Below the pieces are notes generated by a model. The model worked only from the letters and a program-made list of their open reading frames with translations, was not told the origin of the DNA and did no database searches. The position numbers were made by a program, and so were the translations under genes. A stretch of 64,000 bases of DNA from Candidatus Poribacteria bacterium (GTDB lineage: Bacteria; Poribacteria; WGA-4E; WGA-3G), in NCBI GenBank assembly GCA_965205025.1, contig CBDBFU010000032.1, positions 160,001-224,000 of the forward strand, read 5' to 3'. Below are positions 39,801 through 50,205 of the stretch, piece after piece (position 1 is the stretch's first letter; each line of letters starts with the position of its first letter).

Positions 39801-42548
39801 CTACTTCAGAATTACCAGTCTTCGGGTTTGTTGAAATGTTGGTGTTGTCAGTTGGTAAAAATAAACACCACTTGCCACCTGTTCACCGAGGAGATTTCGT
39901 CCATCCCAATACGCAGCACGATCAGGACTGTTATAGAATCCAGCGGATTGCATTCCAAGTGAAAGAGATCGAATCAACTTTCCGGTTGTGTCATAGATTG
40001 ATACCGAAACTGGACTCTCTTCAGAAAGTTGATACGGAATCCAAGTCTCAGGATTAAACGGATTCGGGTAATTCTGTAAGAGTTGATTGTTTATGGGTTT
40101 TCCGATACCATCAATATTTACAGATAACACCGCGTTAACCAAATCCTCATGTGATACTTTTATACGACGTATCCGTGAATCAATATTTCCGTCAGGAGCA
40201 ATGACACGTACTTCAATCACATCTCCAACATTTACCACACTTTTTCTTGTTAGATCAGCAGTTGCGGCAGCGAAGTAATCTCCATGTACTTGTGTAGTAA
40301 TCGTATTGTTCGTACTTAGATTGCGTACAATAACTTGGTAACCGTCATAAGTAAGTTTCCCTTTTAACTGACCACTTACAACAAATGCCCAAGTTTCTTG
40401 TGATATCTGGAATGAATTTGCAGAAGGTGATGCCGCACCCTCTGTTAGATTTGTCCATCGTGAACCAGTAAAAGCAAAATCCCGTGGTTGTGGTACATTG
40501 ACAATATATCCTTGTCCACCAGCCACTGAAAATCCATCGTTAGGAGCGTTTGGCGTCCACCCAATAAAACTTTGGCTTTTAGCGTCAAGGGCAATGACCA
40601 TTGTTGATCCAGTTATACCAGCAAGTGATTTTGCAGTCATCGGTGTTGGGGGTGCTAATGGTACAGATAACATGTTCAAACCCTTAGATAAAGTGAGATT
40701 GAATGTATTTCCAAAAAATTCACTCACTGCTTTGGAAACAGGTTTTGCGATAAAACCGTGTGTGCGTCCATCCGCGGATTTATAATTCCCAACTACTGAA
40801 CCATCCTGATTAATATTATAACCTTCTGTGCTAACACTACCCGGATAGTGTAATTCATGAAGTCCATGTTGGAATGAGCCTATGTAAGTCCGTGGAACAT
40901 CACCATATTTTTTAGCCCTACCGACAAGAGTGCCTACATCGTTGATACCGTGTACAAAATAGTATTCAAACATAGAGGCATTTGGGAGATCAATTGATAG
41001 GAATCTACCCGTAGATGTATGCGTGTATGGACGGTAAATTCCATCCGCATCTACATAACTTCCTACCATACGACCTTCTGCGTTTATAAAATCAGCATAG
41101 GTTTCAGGGGCATCTGGAAATTCCACTATAGTATCACCAGAGAATCCGCGCCGAATACCAGACTCATCAATAAAATTACCTGTCAGATCACCTGTCGCAT
41201 CACTAATACCGTATAGAAACGTTTGAACTGATCCGGGAAAATCGTATTGTCGTAATTCACCATTATCTAAAATTACACCATGGTATAGTCCATCGCTATC
41301 TTCGTAGTGACCTGCAGCCTGACCATTATTCCCAAGTGCATAGAAAAAAGTATTCTGTGAACCAGGGAAATCGTAGGTAGCAAAAACTCCATCAATAAGT
41401 GTAAACGCAACCGTTTTCTTGCCATCCACACTACGTGTGTTTCCAGCATAATCCTCAAAGTCACTACTCGCAGTCAACTCTAAGAAATCTACTCCAGGAA
41501 CGTTTATGCTTTCAAAAGTGTAGTTGAATTCAGTCTGTGGGGAAACAAGTACAGGTTCATCAGGAACTGGTGTTTCTGTCCCAGTGATTAGACGGGCAAT
41601 GAAACCGTGTCTACGTCCATCCTCTGAATCATAATGTCCAACTATTGAACCATCCTGATTGATATTATAGCCTTCTGTACTAACACTACCCGGTACTTTG
41701 AAGTCTTTTAGTCCTTCTCGAAATGTACCTACATAAGTAACAGGAACACCATCCTTCGGTTTTGCCCTTGAAACCACTGTACCTGCATCGTTGATGCCGT
41801 GTACGAAAAAGAATTCTAATTGAGATCCTCGGGGTAGATCAATAGATATAAACCTACCTGTTGGGGTGCGGATATATGGGTGGTATATTCCATCGGCATC
41901 TACATAACTTCCAACCATCCCACCACTGGCATTCACAAAATCTGCGTAAGTTTCTTTTGCTCCAGGGTATTCAATAATTTCGTCTGCCGAAAACCCACGA
42001 CGTATTCCAGAGTCATCAATAAAATTACCTGTCAATGCCCCAGTAGAATCACTAATGCCGTATAGGAAAGTTTCAACAGCACCAGGAAAATCATATTGAT
42101 GTAATTCACCATTCTCTAAGACAACTCCATGGAACAATCCATCGCTATCTTGGTAGTGTCCAGCAGCCTGTCCATTATTTCCAAGTGCATAGAAATATGT
42201 GTTCTGTGAACCGGGGAAATCGTAAGTCGTGAATACACCGTCAATAAGTGTAAACCCAACTATTTTCTCTCCATCTTCACTCCTTGTGTTCCCTGCGTAA
42301 TCCTCAAAGTCGCTACTTGCTGTCAACTCTAAGAAATCTACTCCTGGAACATCAATGGTTTCAAACGTATAATTTGAACTGACTGATGGTACAACAGATT
42401 CAGTAGTTTCTTGTGCAACCACGTTGACTTGGTTGAAAATAGGTATAATAAATAAAAACGTTAACATATAGAACAAGAATTTGGTTCTTATCTTCGAATG
42501 CATAATAGAGAATTCCTCCATAATAATAAGATATTCCGTAAACTTCAT
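39801..42548 (-). CDS. Secreted beta-repeat protein with duplicated repeat module and T9SS-type C-terminal domain (start may be downstream of 42548)
   Basis: Two modules starting NYTFE(T/S)I(D/N)VPGVDFLELTASSDFEDYAGNTRS; same C-terminal domain as the paralog. Confidence 0.82.
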   Translation of the reverse strand: MKFTEYLIIMEEFSIMHSKIRTKFLFYMLTFLFIIPIFNQVNVVAQETTESVVPSVSSNYTFETIDVPGVDFLELTASSDFEDYAGNTRSEDGEKIVGFTLIDGVFTTYDFPGSQNTYFYALGNNGQAAGHYQDSDGLFHGVVLENGELHQYDFPGAVETFLYGISDSTGALTGNFIDDSGIRRGFSADEIIEYPGAKETYADFVNASGGMVGSYVDADGIYHPYIRTPTGRFISIDLPRGSQLEFFFVHGINDAGTVVSRAKPKDGVPVTYVGTFREGLKDFKVPGSVSTEGYNINQDGSIVGHYDSEDGRRHGFIARLITGTETPVPDEPVLVSPQTEFNYTFESINVPGVDFLELTASSDFEDYAGNTRSVDGKKTVAFTLIDGVFATYDFPGSQNTFFYALGNNGQAAGHYEDSDGLYHGVILDNGELRQYDFPGSVQTFLYGISDATGDLTGNFIDESGIRRGFSGDTIVEFPDAPETYADFINAEGRMVGSYVDADGIYRPYTHTSTGRFLSIDLPNASMFEYYFVHGINDVGTLVGRAKKYGDVPRTYIGSFQHGLHELHYPGSVSTEGYNINQDGSVVGNYKSADGRTHGFIAKPVSKAVSEFFGNTFNLTLSKGLNMLSVPLAPPTPMTAKSLAGITGSTMVIALDAKSQSFIGWTPNAPNDGFSVAGGQGYIVNVPQPRDFAFTGSRWTNLTEGAASPSANSFQISQETWAFVVSGQLKGKLTYDGYQVIVRNLSTNNTITTQVHGDYFAAATADLTRKSVVNVGDVIEVRVIAPDGNIDSRIRRIKVSHEDLVNAVLSVNIDGIGKPINNQLLQNYPNPFNPETWIPYQLSEESPVSVSIYDTTGKLIRSLSLGMQSAGFYNSPDRAAYWDGRNLLGEQVASGVYFYQLTTPTFQQTRRLVILK

Positions 42549-42586
42549 TAAATTTGTGTGCTTGCATACAGATTTATTAAGAATGT

Positions 42587-42706
42587 CAGGACATATACAA
42601 CTCCTCTTAAAGTCTCCTTGAAAAAGGGACTTAAGGGGTTAAAACACCGAAATAACGGCTCTTTAAGTCCTATTTTCCTTTTTCTGCTCAATTTTCGTAA
42701 ATACTG
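42587..42706. mobile_element. Degenerate second copy of MITE family A (inverted)
   Basis: Aligns end to end with the reverse complement of 10885-11006; flanks AATGT/TATGT resemble a decayed 5-bp TSD. Confidence 0.75.
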
Positions 42707-42929
42707 TATGTGTAAAGAAAAAGTAATCTTCATCTTTTCAATTTTAGTATATGCATATCTACATAAAATGCAAGATAAAACCCATCTGTTTTCCTTTTGT
42801 TATGGAGACACTACTTTTATTGATATAAAATATGTCGATCAACTATTCTTTACTATCAAATCCTTATGAACTGACTTTATAACTATAAAACCAATACTTT
42901 TTAATAATTGATACTACATTGGAGTGAAG

Positions 42930-43934
42930 CTATTCATCCCAAGGCAACGGTACACCAAGACGTTCACTTGCTGACCGGGCGGATTCCTGTTCCATTTCAC
43001 CGTATCGAATACCCACTCTTCGGTGTTGCTCTACCCTTTCCTGTTCAATTGCACCAGGTAGCAATGCTTTATCTGTTCCAGGCATTGGTTCATAAGTTTC
43101 GCGGACATCCCGCACTAATCGATCTACTTCAGCATGGAAGATGTCGGAGGGTACAATTGATTCAATATCTATTGCCAATACCATCCCACCGTGTCGCGCT
43201 CCATTCCATTTTGCAGTGTCATCGGATGCTGGTTCAGTAAACCCAGTCAATGCCCCACCAAGTAGACAAGCAACAGCAGTATAACCGATACTTTTAAAGA
43301 AGGCTGCTGGGATCATTGACAAAAGTTCGTCAAATTCCTCTCCACGTTGATAATCAGCCATAATACATGTTGCTGCGTCAAGTACAACAGGAGGTTCATC
43401 ACCAGAAGGGATTGCAAAACAGATAGGTGGGTTCCCGTAATAACCGAGTTGTGGTTTGGTATCACTATTTCCTGCATTACCATGGTTTTGATATCCCTGG
43501 ACCGAAAAACCGATACAACCGGCTTCATTACATATACGAGCATAATGTCCTGCAGATCCATAATGTCCAATGTAACGGACAAGTCCCATTCCTATGCCGA
43601 CTTCTTTTGCTTTTGAGATTGCATGTTCAGTGGCTCGAACCATTGGGAGATAACCAAGTGTTCCATTTCCATCAAGAACAACAGAGGTAGGTGATTCATT
43701 AATTACTGTTATATTTGGGTTTGGGTTAAGACTGCCATTTTCAAAGCCACCACAATATCCACTAAGAGTTCGTGTGCCATGGCTACGAACCCCACGTAGA
43801 TCCGAATTAACCAGTAAACGACTAATTAGGGCAGCATGCTCCTGAGATATACCAGCCTTTTCAAAACAGGTTGTAGAGAAGTTGAGAAGCCGTTCTTCAT
43901 CCACGCGGATAAATTCTTCTGGGGGTCTATTCAT
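42930..43934 (-). CDS. Ldh_2 family (type 2 malate/L-lactate dehydrogenase-like) oxidoreductase
   Basis: SDLRGVRSHG, LDGNGTLG, HYGSAGHYA, GNPPICFAIP, VVLDAAT. Confidence 0.88.
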   Translation of the reverse strand: MNRPPEEFIRVDEERLLNFSTTCFEKAGISQEHAALISRLLVNSDLRGVRSHGTRTLSGYCGGFENGSLNPNPNITVINESPTSVVLDGNGTLGYLPMVRATEHAISKAKEVGIGMGLVRYIGHYGSAGHYARICNEAGCIGFSVQGYQNHGNAGNSDTKPQLGYYGNPPICFAIPSGDEPPVVLDAATCIMADYQRGEEFDELLSMIPAAFFKSIGYTAVACLLGGALTGFTEPASDDTAKWNGARHGGMVLAIDIESIVPSDIFHAEVDRLVRDVRETYEPMPGTDKALLPGAIEQERVEQHRRVGIRYGEMEQESARSASERLGVPLPWDE

Positions 43935-43964
43935 TTCACTCTCCTATACTTGATCTGATAGAAA

Positions 43965-45119
43965 TTATGGATCTATCTGTTGATAGAAAACTTTCTGACC
44001 ATCTTTAATGGTGAATATCACTGCACTCTTGGTTGGTTGACGGTTTTCATTATAGCCTTTAATACTTGTTGCTCCAACATAATTCTCTGTAACAGCGAGT
44101 TGGTTGCGTATTGCTTCAGCATCCAGACTTCCTGCACGTAATGCCGCCTCATAAAGTAATTTGACTGCATCGTAACTAACTGCTACGCCACCTGTTGGTG
44201 TTGATTCATATATTGATTCGTATAAATCAACAAATGCTCGTGCAGTTGGTTCTTTTGTTTCCGGTGAAAAGTGACCACTAAAGTAGCTGCCTTCAATTTC
44301 AGCATTCTCATCTTCAAAGAGTAGTATACTGTCCCAGGAATCTGCACCGAGGAAAATAGTAGGTTCACCTTGTGCATTTAACAACGGCAATTCACGGGCT
44401 TGTTCAGTGATATACGCAATGTCTTGAACGAAACCAGCGGCAAAAACTGCATCAGGTTTTAAATCAGCGATCTGTGTTAATGTTTCGGTGAAATCTTCTG
44501 TCCCACCTTCAAAGAAAACCTCGGCAACTACATCTCCTCCCAGACTATTAAAATTGGAATAGAAGAAGCTTGAAATACCTTCGGTATACAGATCACCCCT
44601 TCGTGTGATAATTGCAGCTGTTGTAAGCCCCAATTCCATTTTAGCAAAATTTGCCATTACTGCCCCTTGAAAACTATCTGTGAAGGATGCCATAAAGACA
44701 AAATCACCAGCTTCCGTTACGTTTGGGTTGGTCGCAGTTGTTGTAACCATAGGAATTCGGTGTTCTTGAGCAATAGGTCCAACAAGAGCAGCATGGGAAG
44801 AACGGTTTGGACCAATTAATGCAATAACACCCTCCTCTACAATCAAAGATTCTGCAAGTTTAACAGATACATCAAGATCCGCCTCTATATTGATATGACC
44901 AATCAATTCAACAGGCATTCCAAACAGTCCACCTTGTTCGTTGATCTCTGTCACAGCCAATTCCGCCCCGTTTGGGTAGGAAACACGTTGTCCTGCAACT
45001 ACAAAACCAATTTTTATAGTGGGCGCGTCCTTTGGTGTCAGAACTTCTTTTACATTATTACAACTTAATATCGTTAGTACTAATAGACATAGACAGAATG
45101 TAATTACATTTTTTTTCAT
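43965..45119 (-). CDS. Branched-chain amino acid ABC transporter substrate-binding lipoprotein
   Basis: Lipobox ILSC, GAELAVTEINEQGG, IGPNRSS, TDSFQG, YDAV. Confidence 0.88.
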   Translation of the reverse strand: MKKNVITFCLCLLVLTILSCNNVKEVLTPKDAPTIKIGFVVAGQRVSYPNGAELAVTEINEQGGLFGMPVELIGHINIEADLDVSVKLAESLIVEEGVIALIGPNRSSHAALVGPIAQEHRIPMVTTTATNPNVTEAGDFVFMASFTDSFQGAVMANFAKMELGLTTAAIITRRGDLYTEGISSFFYSNFNSLGGDVVAEVFFEGGTEDFTETLTQIADLKPDAVFAAGFVQDIAYITEQARELPLLNAQGEPTIFLGADSWDSILLFEDENAEIEGSYFSGHFSPETKEPTARAFVDLYESIYESTPTGGVAVSYDAVKLLYEAALRAGSLDAEAIRNQLAVTENYVGATSIKGYNENRQPTKSAVIFTIKDGQKVFYQQIDP

Positions 45120-45523
45120 AAGATAAATCCGTAGATAGATATTCCTTTTCCTTTATTAAAGTATATAACTGAAAATCAGATAATGAAGCACATATAATAT
45201 ATTGTAGTATGTATGTGAACGTAAATGAGTGTTTAACTACTACCTATAAAATAATTGTACGATTTTGACATTATAATCATACAACATATCTGGAGGGATC
45301 TCTCTGGGTGAACTTTTACATAAGAAATAATTCAAATATGACTAAAATCCCTTTTCTAAGTATTAGTAATCTGTTACAATAGTACGTAATGGTGTTTCAT
45401 GTTACATAAAACCTGTTAGATAATAAATGGATACATAAATGGTAACATAACCAGTTATGATAACACTAACAATTATCATTAAACATCTAAAATATGCAAG
45501 TTTAGTTTTAGTATAGGAAAGTT

Positions 45524-46264
45524 ATGCAGACCTTAATCACAGTGATTGGACGTGGTCATTCTGGTACTCGTGCTATTTCACATACCCTATATGCCAGTGG
45601 AGTGTATATGGGGAGTCAACTAAACCCTTCAGGTGATAAGATTCCACCACATGACCTATATGATGCCTGCCGTGTATTGTCTAAATATGTCAAATGGGAA
45701 GGTGGCTTATCTTGGGATTTTGATCCATTATTTACCATGTCTATTGCCCCTAAATTTGAAGAACTAATAAATAGCTATTTATCGGATGTACTGAATAATA
45801 CATCCGTGAATAAGGGATGGAAGATACCAGAAACGACACTTATTTATCCTTGGATACTACGTATGTTTCCTGATATACGATATATACATTGGATACGCGA
45901 TCCGAGAGATTGTATTCTTGGAAGTCATAAAACTGATAATCTAATGGATTTTGGTATTGAATATTCACTTACAGATGATATTTACAAGAGACGCGCAATC
46001 TCTTGGTATTATCAATATGAATTGATGAAAGCAACACCTAAACCTAAACATTTTATACAGGTCCGTTTTGAAGATTTCGTGCTAAAGCAAGAGGAAACCC
46101 TTAAACTACTTGAGGATTTCTTAGGATTTTCATTGGGACGTATTATTGTCAGACCAGAAGCAGTATACAGATGGAAGAGAACAGAACAACCTTGTCCACT
46201 TCCGTTTAACTTTTTACGTGAAGCAATTACTGAAAATGAGTATTCGTTAGATATGTCTTATTGA
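45524..46264 (+). CDS. Sulfotransferase family protein
   Basis: GRGHSGT (5'-PSB-like), GWKIPET, IRDPRD (3'-PB), VRFEDFV. Confidence 0.78.
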   Translation: MQTLITVIGRGHSGTRAISHTLYASGVYMGSQLNPSGDKIPPHDLYDACRVLSKYVKWEGGLSWDFDPLFTMSIAPKFEELINSYLSDVLNNTSVNKGWKIPETTLIYPWILRMFPDIRYIHWIRDPRDCILGSHKTDNLMDFGIEYSLTDDIYKRRAISWYYQYELMKATPKPKHFIQVRFEDFVLKQEETLKLLEDFLGFSLGRIIVRPEAVYRWKRTEQPCPLPFNFLREAITENEYSLDMSY

Positions 46265-46287
46265 TCAACAACAAAAAAGGAATCATT

Positions 46288-47313
46288 ATGCCAAAAAATG
46301 GAAAATACCAAGTTGGACTGGTAGGTACAGGTGGAATAGCACGTGCTCATGGTGATGGATGTAAACATGCCCCAAGTGCCGAATTAGCAGCAGTTCATGA
46401 TGTTTCTGAGGCTGCATTAAAAGGGTTTGGTGAGCAATTCAATGTGGATGAAAAGCATCGTTATCTTTCATTAGATGATATGTTACAATCTGAGGATTTA
46501 GATATTGCTGTTATCTGTACTTGGGGAGCATTTCACTCTGAAGTAGGAATCCAGATTGCAGAATCTAAGCAAGTAAAAGCGATCCTGTGTGAAAAACCTT
46601 TTACATCTACAGCTGCGGAGGCAGAAGCCTTTGTTGGTGCTGCACAGGATAATGGAATTCTCGTCGCAGAAGCCTTTAAATTTCGACACCATCCCATGCA
46701 CCAAAAGGCTAAGGAATTGGTAGATACAGGTGCAATTGGTGAGTTGAAAACCATTCGTAGTACATTCTGTACTGGTGGTGGCGGCGGTGGTCCTGAATCA
46801 CGTAAACCAAGCGCGAATTGGCGTTTTAACAAGGCAAAAGGTGGTGGGAGTATTTACGATCTGGCATGTTATAATATCCATCATGCACGTTTTATGTTTG
46901 ATGCTGAACCCATCAGAGTGTCCGGAGCATCCCAGGCAGGATTAGAAGTTGATGACGCATCCTATCTGTTGTTAGTATTTCCTGATGAACGTACTGCACA
47001 GATCTCAACAGGTTTTAATTGTGCTGGTGGACAATATGCTGAAATGGCTGGTTTAGGAGGAATGCTTCGAATTGATGCTGCTTGGAATAATGGTGGTTCT
47101 CCTGTAAATATAGTGGTGCAGAATAGAGATGGACGACAAGTAATTGATATTGATCCATGTAATCAGTTTGCTGCACAACTTGAACACATGTGTGAATGTT
47201 TGGAAACAGGTAAACCGCACAGAATTTCACCTGAAAGTTGTGTCAATCAAATGCGTGTAATTGATGCAGCATTTGAAGCAATGGCGACTGGCACAACAGT
47301 CGAATTAGGATAA
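46288..47313 (+). CDS. Gfo/Idh/MocA family oxidoreductase
   Basis: GLVGTGGIARAH, ILCEKP, FRHHP, GGGSIYDLACY. Confidence 0.9.
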   Translation: MPKNGKYQVGLVGTGGIARAHGDGCKHAPSAELAAVHDVSEAALKGFGEQFNVDEKHRYLSLDDMLQSEDLDIAVICTWGAFHSEVGIQIAESKQVKAILCEKPFTSTAAEAEAFVGAAQDNGILVAEAFKFRHHPMHQKAKELVDTGAIGELKTIRSTFCTGGGGGGPESRKPSANWRFNKAKGGGSIYDLACYNIHHARFMFDAEPIRVSGASQAGLEVDDASYLLLVFPDERTAQISTGFNCAGGQYAEMAGLGGMLRIDAAWNNGGSPVNIVVQNRDGRQVIDIDPCNQFAAQLEHMCECLETGKPHRISPESCVNQMRVIDAAFEAMATGTTVELG

Positions 47314-47331
47314 TAACACCATATAAAATTT

Positions 47332-47357
47332 TGGGTAGGATTTTTCCTACCCATTTT
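47332..47357 (+). terminator. Hairpin/terminator
   Basis: TGGGTAGGA-TTTT-TCCTACCCA followed by TTTT. Confidence 0.6.
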
Positions 47358-47403
47358 CAGTGAAAAATTAGTGAATATTCTTTACAGAAATTAGGTTTTT
47401 TCA

Positions 47404-48102
47404 ATGCAGAACTTTTCTAACACTGAAGCACTTACTTTTGACCTATTTGGAACCATTCTGGATTTAGGTGGGAGTCTTACTCCGTTTATTGGCGAGTCGT
47501 TAGCCACACATAATGTGAAGAATGTCACTGCAGATGAATTCTGGGAACAGTGGCGTTATCGGCAACGGATTGAACAGTATCAAGATACAATTATGATGCT
47601 TGGACATAGTGGCTATCTGGAGACTGTCCGACGTGCTTTACACTATACACTAAGACGAAATGGAATTGATGCAACACCAGAAATAGTAGAAGAGTTTATG
47701 AGGGGTTGGCAACAACTGATACCATTTCCAGAGGTGTTATCTGCACTTAGCAGATTAAATACTAACTATCAGTTGGTTGTTCTATCAAATGGAGATCCAG
47801 ATTTCTTGGACTATCTTGTGAAACATAGGGTAGAATGGCTATTTGATGGTGTTATCTCTGTAACATCATTCGGTGCATTTAAGCCACACCCTGGGGTTTA
47901 TCGTGGAGCAGCTGGCACATTGGAACTTGATGTAAATGAATGTATGATGGTATCTGCGAATTCGTTTGATATCATGGGTGCACGGGCATGTGGATTTCGT
48001 GGCGCGTATGTGAACCGATACAAGCTGCCTTATGAAGACTCCCAGTTTAAACCTGATGTAACAGTGTTTGATTTTACAGAGTTAGCAGATGCACTTTTAT
48101 AA
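47404..48102 (+). CDS. Haloacid dehalogenase type II (HAD superfamily)
   Basis: FDLFGTILD, WRYRQ, LSNG, FKPHPGVY, VSANSFDIMGA. Confidence 0.87.
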   Translation: MQNFSNTEALTFDLFGTILDLGGSLTPFIGESLATHNVKNVTADEFWEQWRYRQRIEQYQDTIMMLGHSGYLETVRRALHYTLRRNGIDATPEIVEEFMRGWQQLIPFPEVLSALSRLNTNYQLVVLSNGDPDFLDYLVKHRVEWLFDGVISVTSFGAFKPHPGVYRGAAGTLELDVNECMMVSANSFDIMGARACGFRGAYVNRYKLPYEDSQFKPDVTVFDFTELADALL

Positions 48103-48128
48103 ATATAAGACGCAATATTCGATTCAAT

Positions 48129-50057
48129 TTACATTGTTGGAATTTTCCATACTAAAATAGTTCCATCCGAGCTACCACTAACCAATTTACTCCCATCCTG
48201 AGTAAATGCAAGTCCCTTAATATCGTCAAGATGACCTGTAAATGTATGTATGTGTTTCTGTGTTGCTACATCCCAAAGTCGAATCGTATTATCCGCACTT
48301 CCACTTGCAAGTGTCTTTCCATCTAAACTAAATATAATACTATAGATGCTACCAGTATGACCTTTTAGTATATGTATTTGACTCCCTGATGCAACATCCC
48401 ACAAAATTATAGCATCCATATCTTCGTTCCACACATTTTCACATCCACTTGCAAGTAATTTCCCATCTGGACTGAATGCTACACAATTTATATCCCCCAT
48501 GTTTCCTGATAGTGTTTTTTTGTACTCCCCTGTCTCTAAATCCCATAGGTATATTGCCTTATTCCCAAAATTGTCCTCTCCATTATATTCGGCAATGCCA
48601 CCGCTTGCGATTGTTGTACCATCGGAACTAATTGTTACGCTATTAATGTGATTATCATGACCTTCCAATTTTTGTATATGTTTTCTGTTAAGCACATTCC
48701 ATTTGTGAATGTTACGATAGTTACTGCTTACAAGTGTTTTCCCATCTGGACTAAAAGCAATAGAACTTACTTCACCGATTCTGTCTTGTGTTAGGGTGTG
48801 AAGGTATACACCTGATACAGCATCCCACAGACGAATAGTAGTGTCGAAACTTCCACTTGCAAGAACACTACTATCAGAATTAAATGTCACTGTGTCTACA
48901 TAATGGTCGTGTCCTGTAAGTGTGTGTAGTTTGTTACCCGTTGAAGCTTCCCAGATCTCAACTACTTTGAAGCTTGCACAAGCAATAGTGTTATCATCAG
49001 CTGCCATAGCAATGCTTCTGATTGGGGATGTAAAACCAGTAATCGTGTGTTTTGGTATACCTGTTTCAATTTCCCATACTCCTAATACATTTCCAAAATC
49101 TTTAGTTACAATATGTTTTTGATTATTAAGTGATATGTCAATCGCCCTATTGTATATTGAGAATTTATGTGCTATCTTTCCAGTATCAATGTCCCATATA
49201 CGAATTATCTTATCCTGACTACTGCTAACAAGAGTCATACCATCAATACTTAATTCCAGTCCGATTACCTGTCCAATTTCATCTGAGAGTAACTCTAATG
49301 GTGTTAGTGTACTTGAATCCCAAACCTGTATTTTCTTATATCCACCCAAAGAAATTACATTATTCTTTGTAAAAAGTACATGATAAATGCTCCCTATCTG
49401 AGACTTAATGGAATGGATTAAATTCCCTGTGTCTGTGTTCCATAACCGTACAGCATTATCTGGAAAACCTTCTCCACTTGCGAGTATATGTCCATCTGGA
49501 CTAAATGCAAGACTATTTACTTCTCCTGTGAATTCATTGAGTGTATGTTTTAATTCACCAGTGGAGATATCCCATAGACAGACGGCAACCTCAAACACCC
49601 TTTCACCACCATCAATACCAGTATTGCCGCTTGCGATTGTTTTCCCATCTGGACTATATGCTATACAGTTTATTGCATGTGGATGTCCAATTAGCGTCTT
49701 CTTCTCCATCCCAGTTATCACGTCCCAAAGCCGAACGGTTTTATCAGAACTACCGCTGGCGAGTATTTGACTATTTGGACTAAAGGAAATACAATTTACA
49801 CTCCCATTGTGTTCTGATAGAAAACGAACCACTTCATAGTTTGTCGTCCCATACACCCAAATACCAATAGAGGTAGCGACAGCCAAATGCTTTCCGTCAG
49901 ATGAATATTTAAAATCGTTAATAATCCCTTTTCCTAATCGTGCAACTGCATCCTCAGGTAAACTGAATTTTGTTGTTTCATTGGCGAGACTTGGATGTAA
50001 TCTACTCAATAGAACAATGCATAACAGACAAAAAACGATAAATGTATGGTTTTTCAT
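48129..50057 (-). CDS. Secreted WD40-repeat protein
   Basis: Signal peptide; many GH...FSPDG..LASGS.D.TIRLWD repeats. Confidence 0.93.
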   Translation of the reverse strand: MKNHTFIVFCLLCIVLLSRLHPSLANETTKFSLPEDAVARLGKGIINDFKYSSDGKHLAVATSIGIWVYGTTNYEVVRFLSEHNGSVNCISFSPNSQILASGSSDKTVRLWDVITGMEKKTLIGHPHAINCIAYSPDGKTIASGNTGIDGGERVFEVAVCLWDISTGELKHTLNEFTGEVNSLAFSPDGHILASGEGFPDNAVRLWNTDTGNLIHSIKSQIGSIYHVLFTKNNVISLGGYKKIQVWDSSTLTPLELLSDEIGQVIGLELSIDGMTLVSSSQDKIIRIWDIDTGKIAHKFSIYNRAIDISLNNQKHIVTKDFGNVLGVWEIETGIPKHTITGFTSPIRSIAMAADDNTIACASFKVVEIWEASTGNKLHTLTGHDHYVDTVTFNSDSSVLASGSFDTTIRLWDAVSGVYLHTLTQDRIGEVSSIAFSPDGKTLVSSNYRNIHKWNVLNRKHIQKLEGHDNHINSVTISSDGTTIASGGIAEYNGEDNFGNKAIYLWDLETGEYKKTLSGNMGDINCVAFSPDGKLLASGCENVWNEDMDAIILWDVASGSQIHILKGHTGSIYSIIFSLDGKTLASGSADNTIRLWDVATQKHIHTFTGHLDDIKGLAFTQDGSKLVSGSSDGTILVWKIPTM

Positions 50058-50205
50058 ATTGAACTTCCTTCTTACAAATACAGTATCGTTTACTGTATAT
50101 CATTGAGAGTATTCAATTTTCCATAGGATTGAATATATATCAATGTTGCGTGATTACTACATTCCAATTTTCTAAACAGACAGATGAAATTAAGGTAGAT
50201 AGTTC

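Noticed and set aside
39801-42548. Diversity-generating retroelement template/variable repeat pair
   Set aside because: The repeats are in-frame domain duplications, the differences are not adenine-specific, and there is no reverse transcriptase.
42548-42869. ORFs 42548..42733 and 42558..42869
   Set aside because: They read through the degenerate MITE; spurious.
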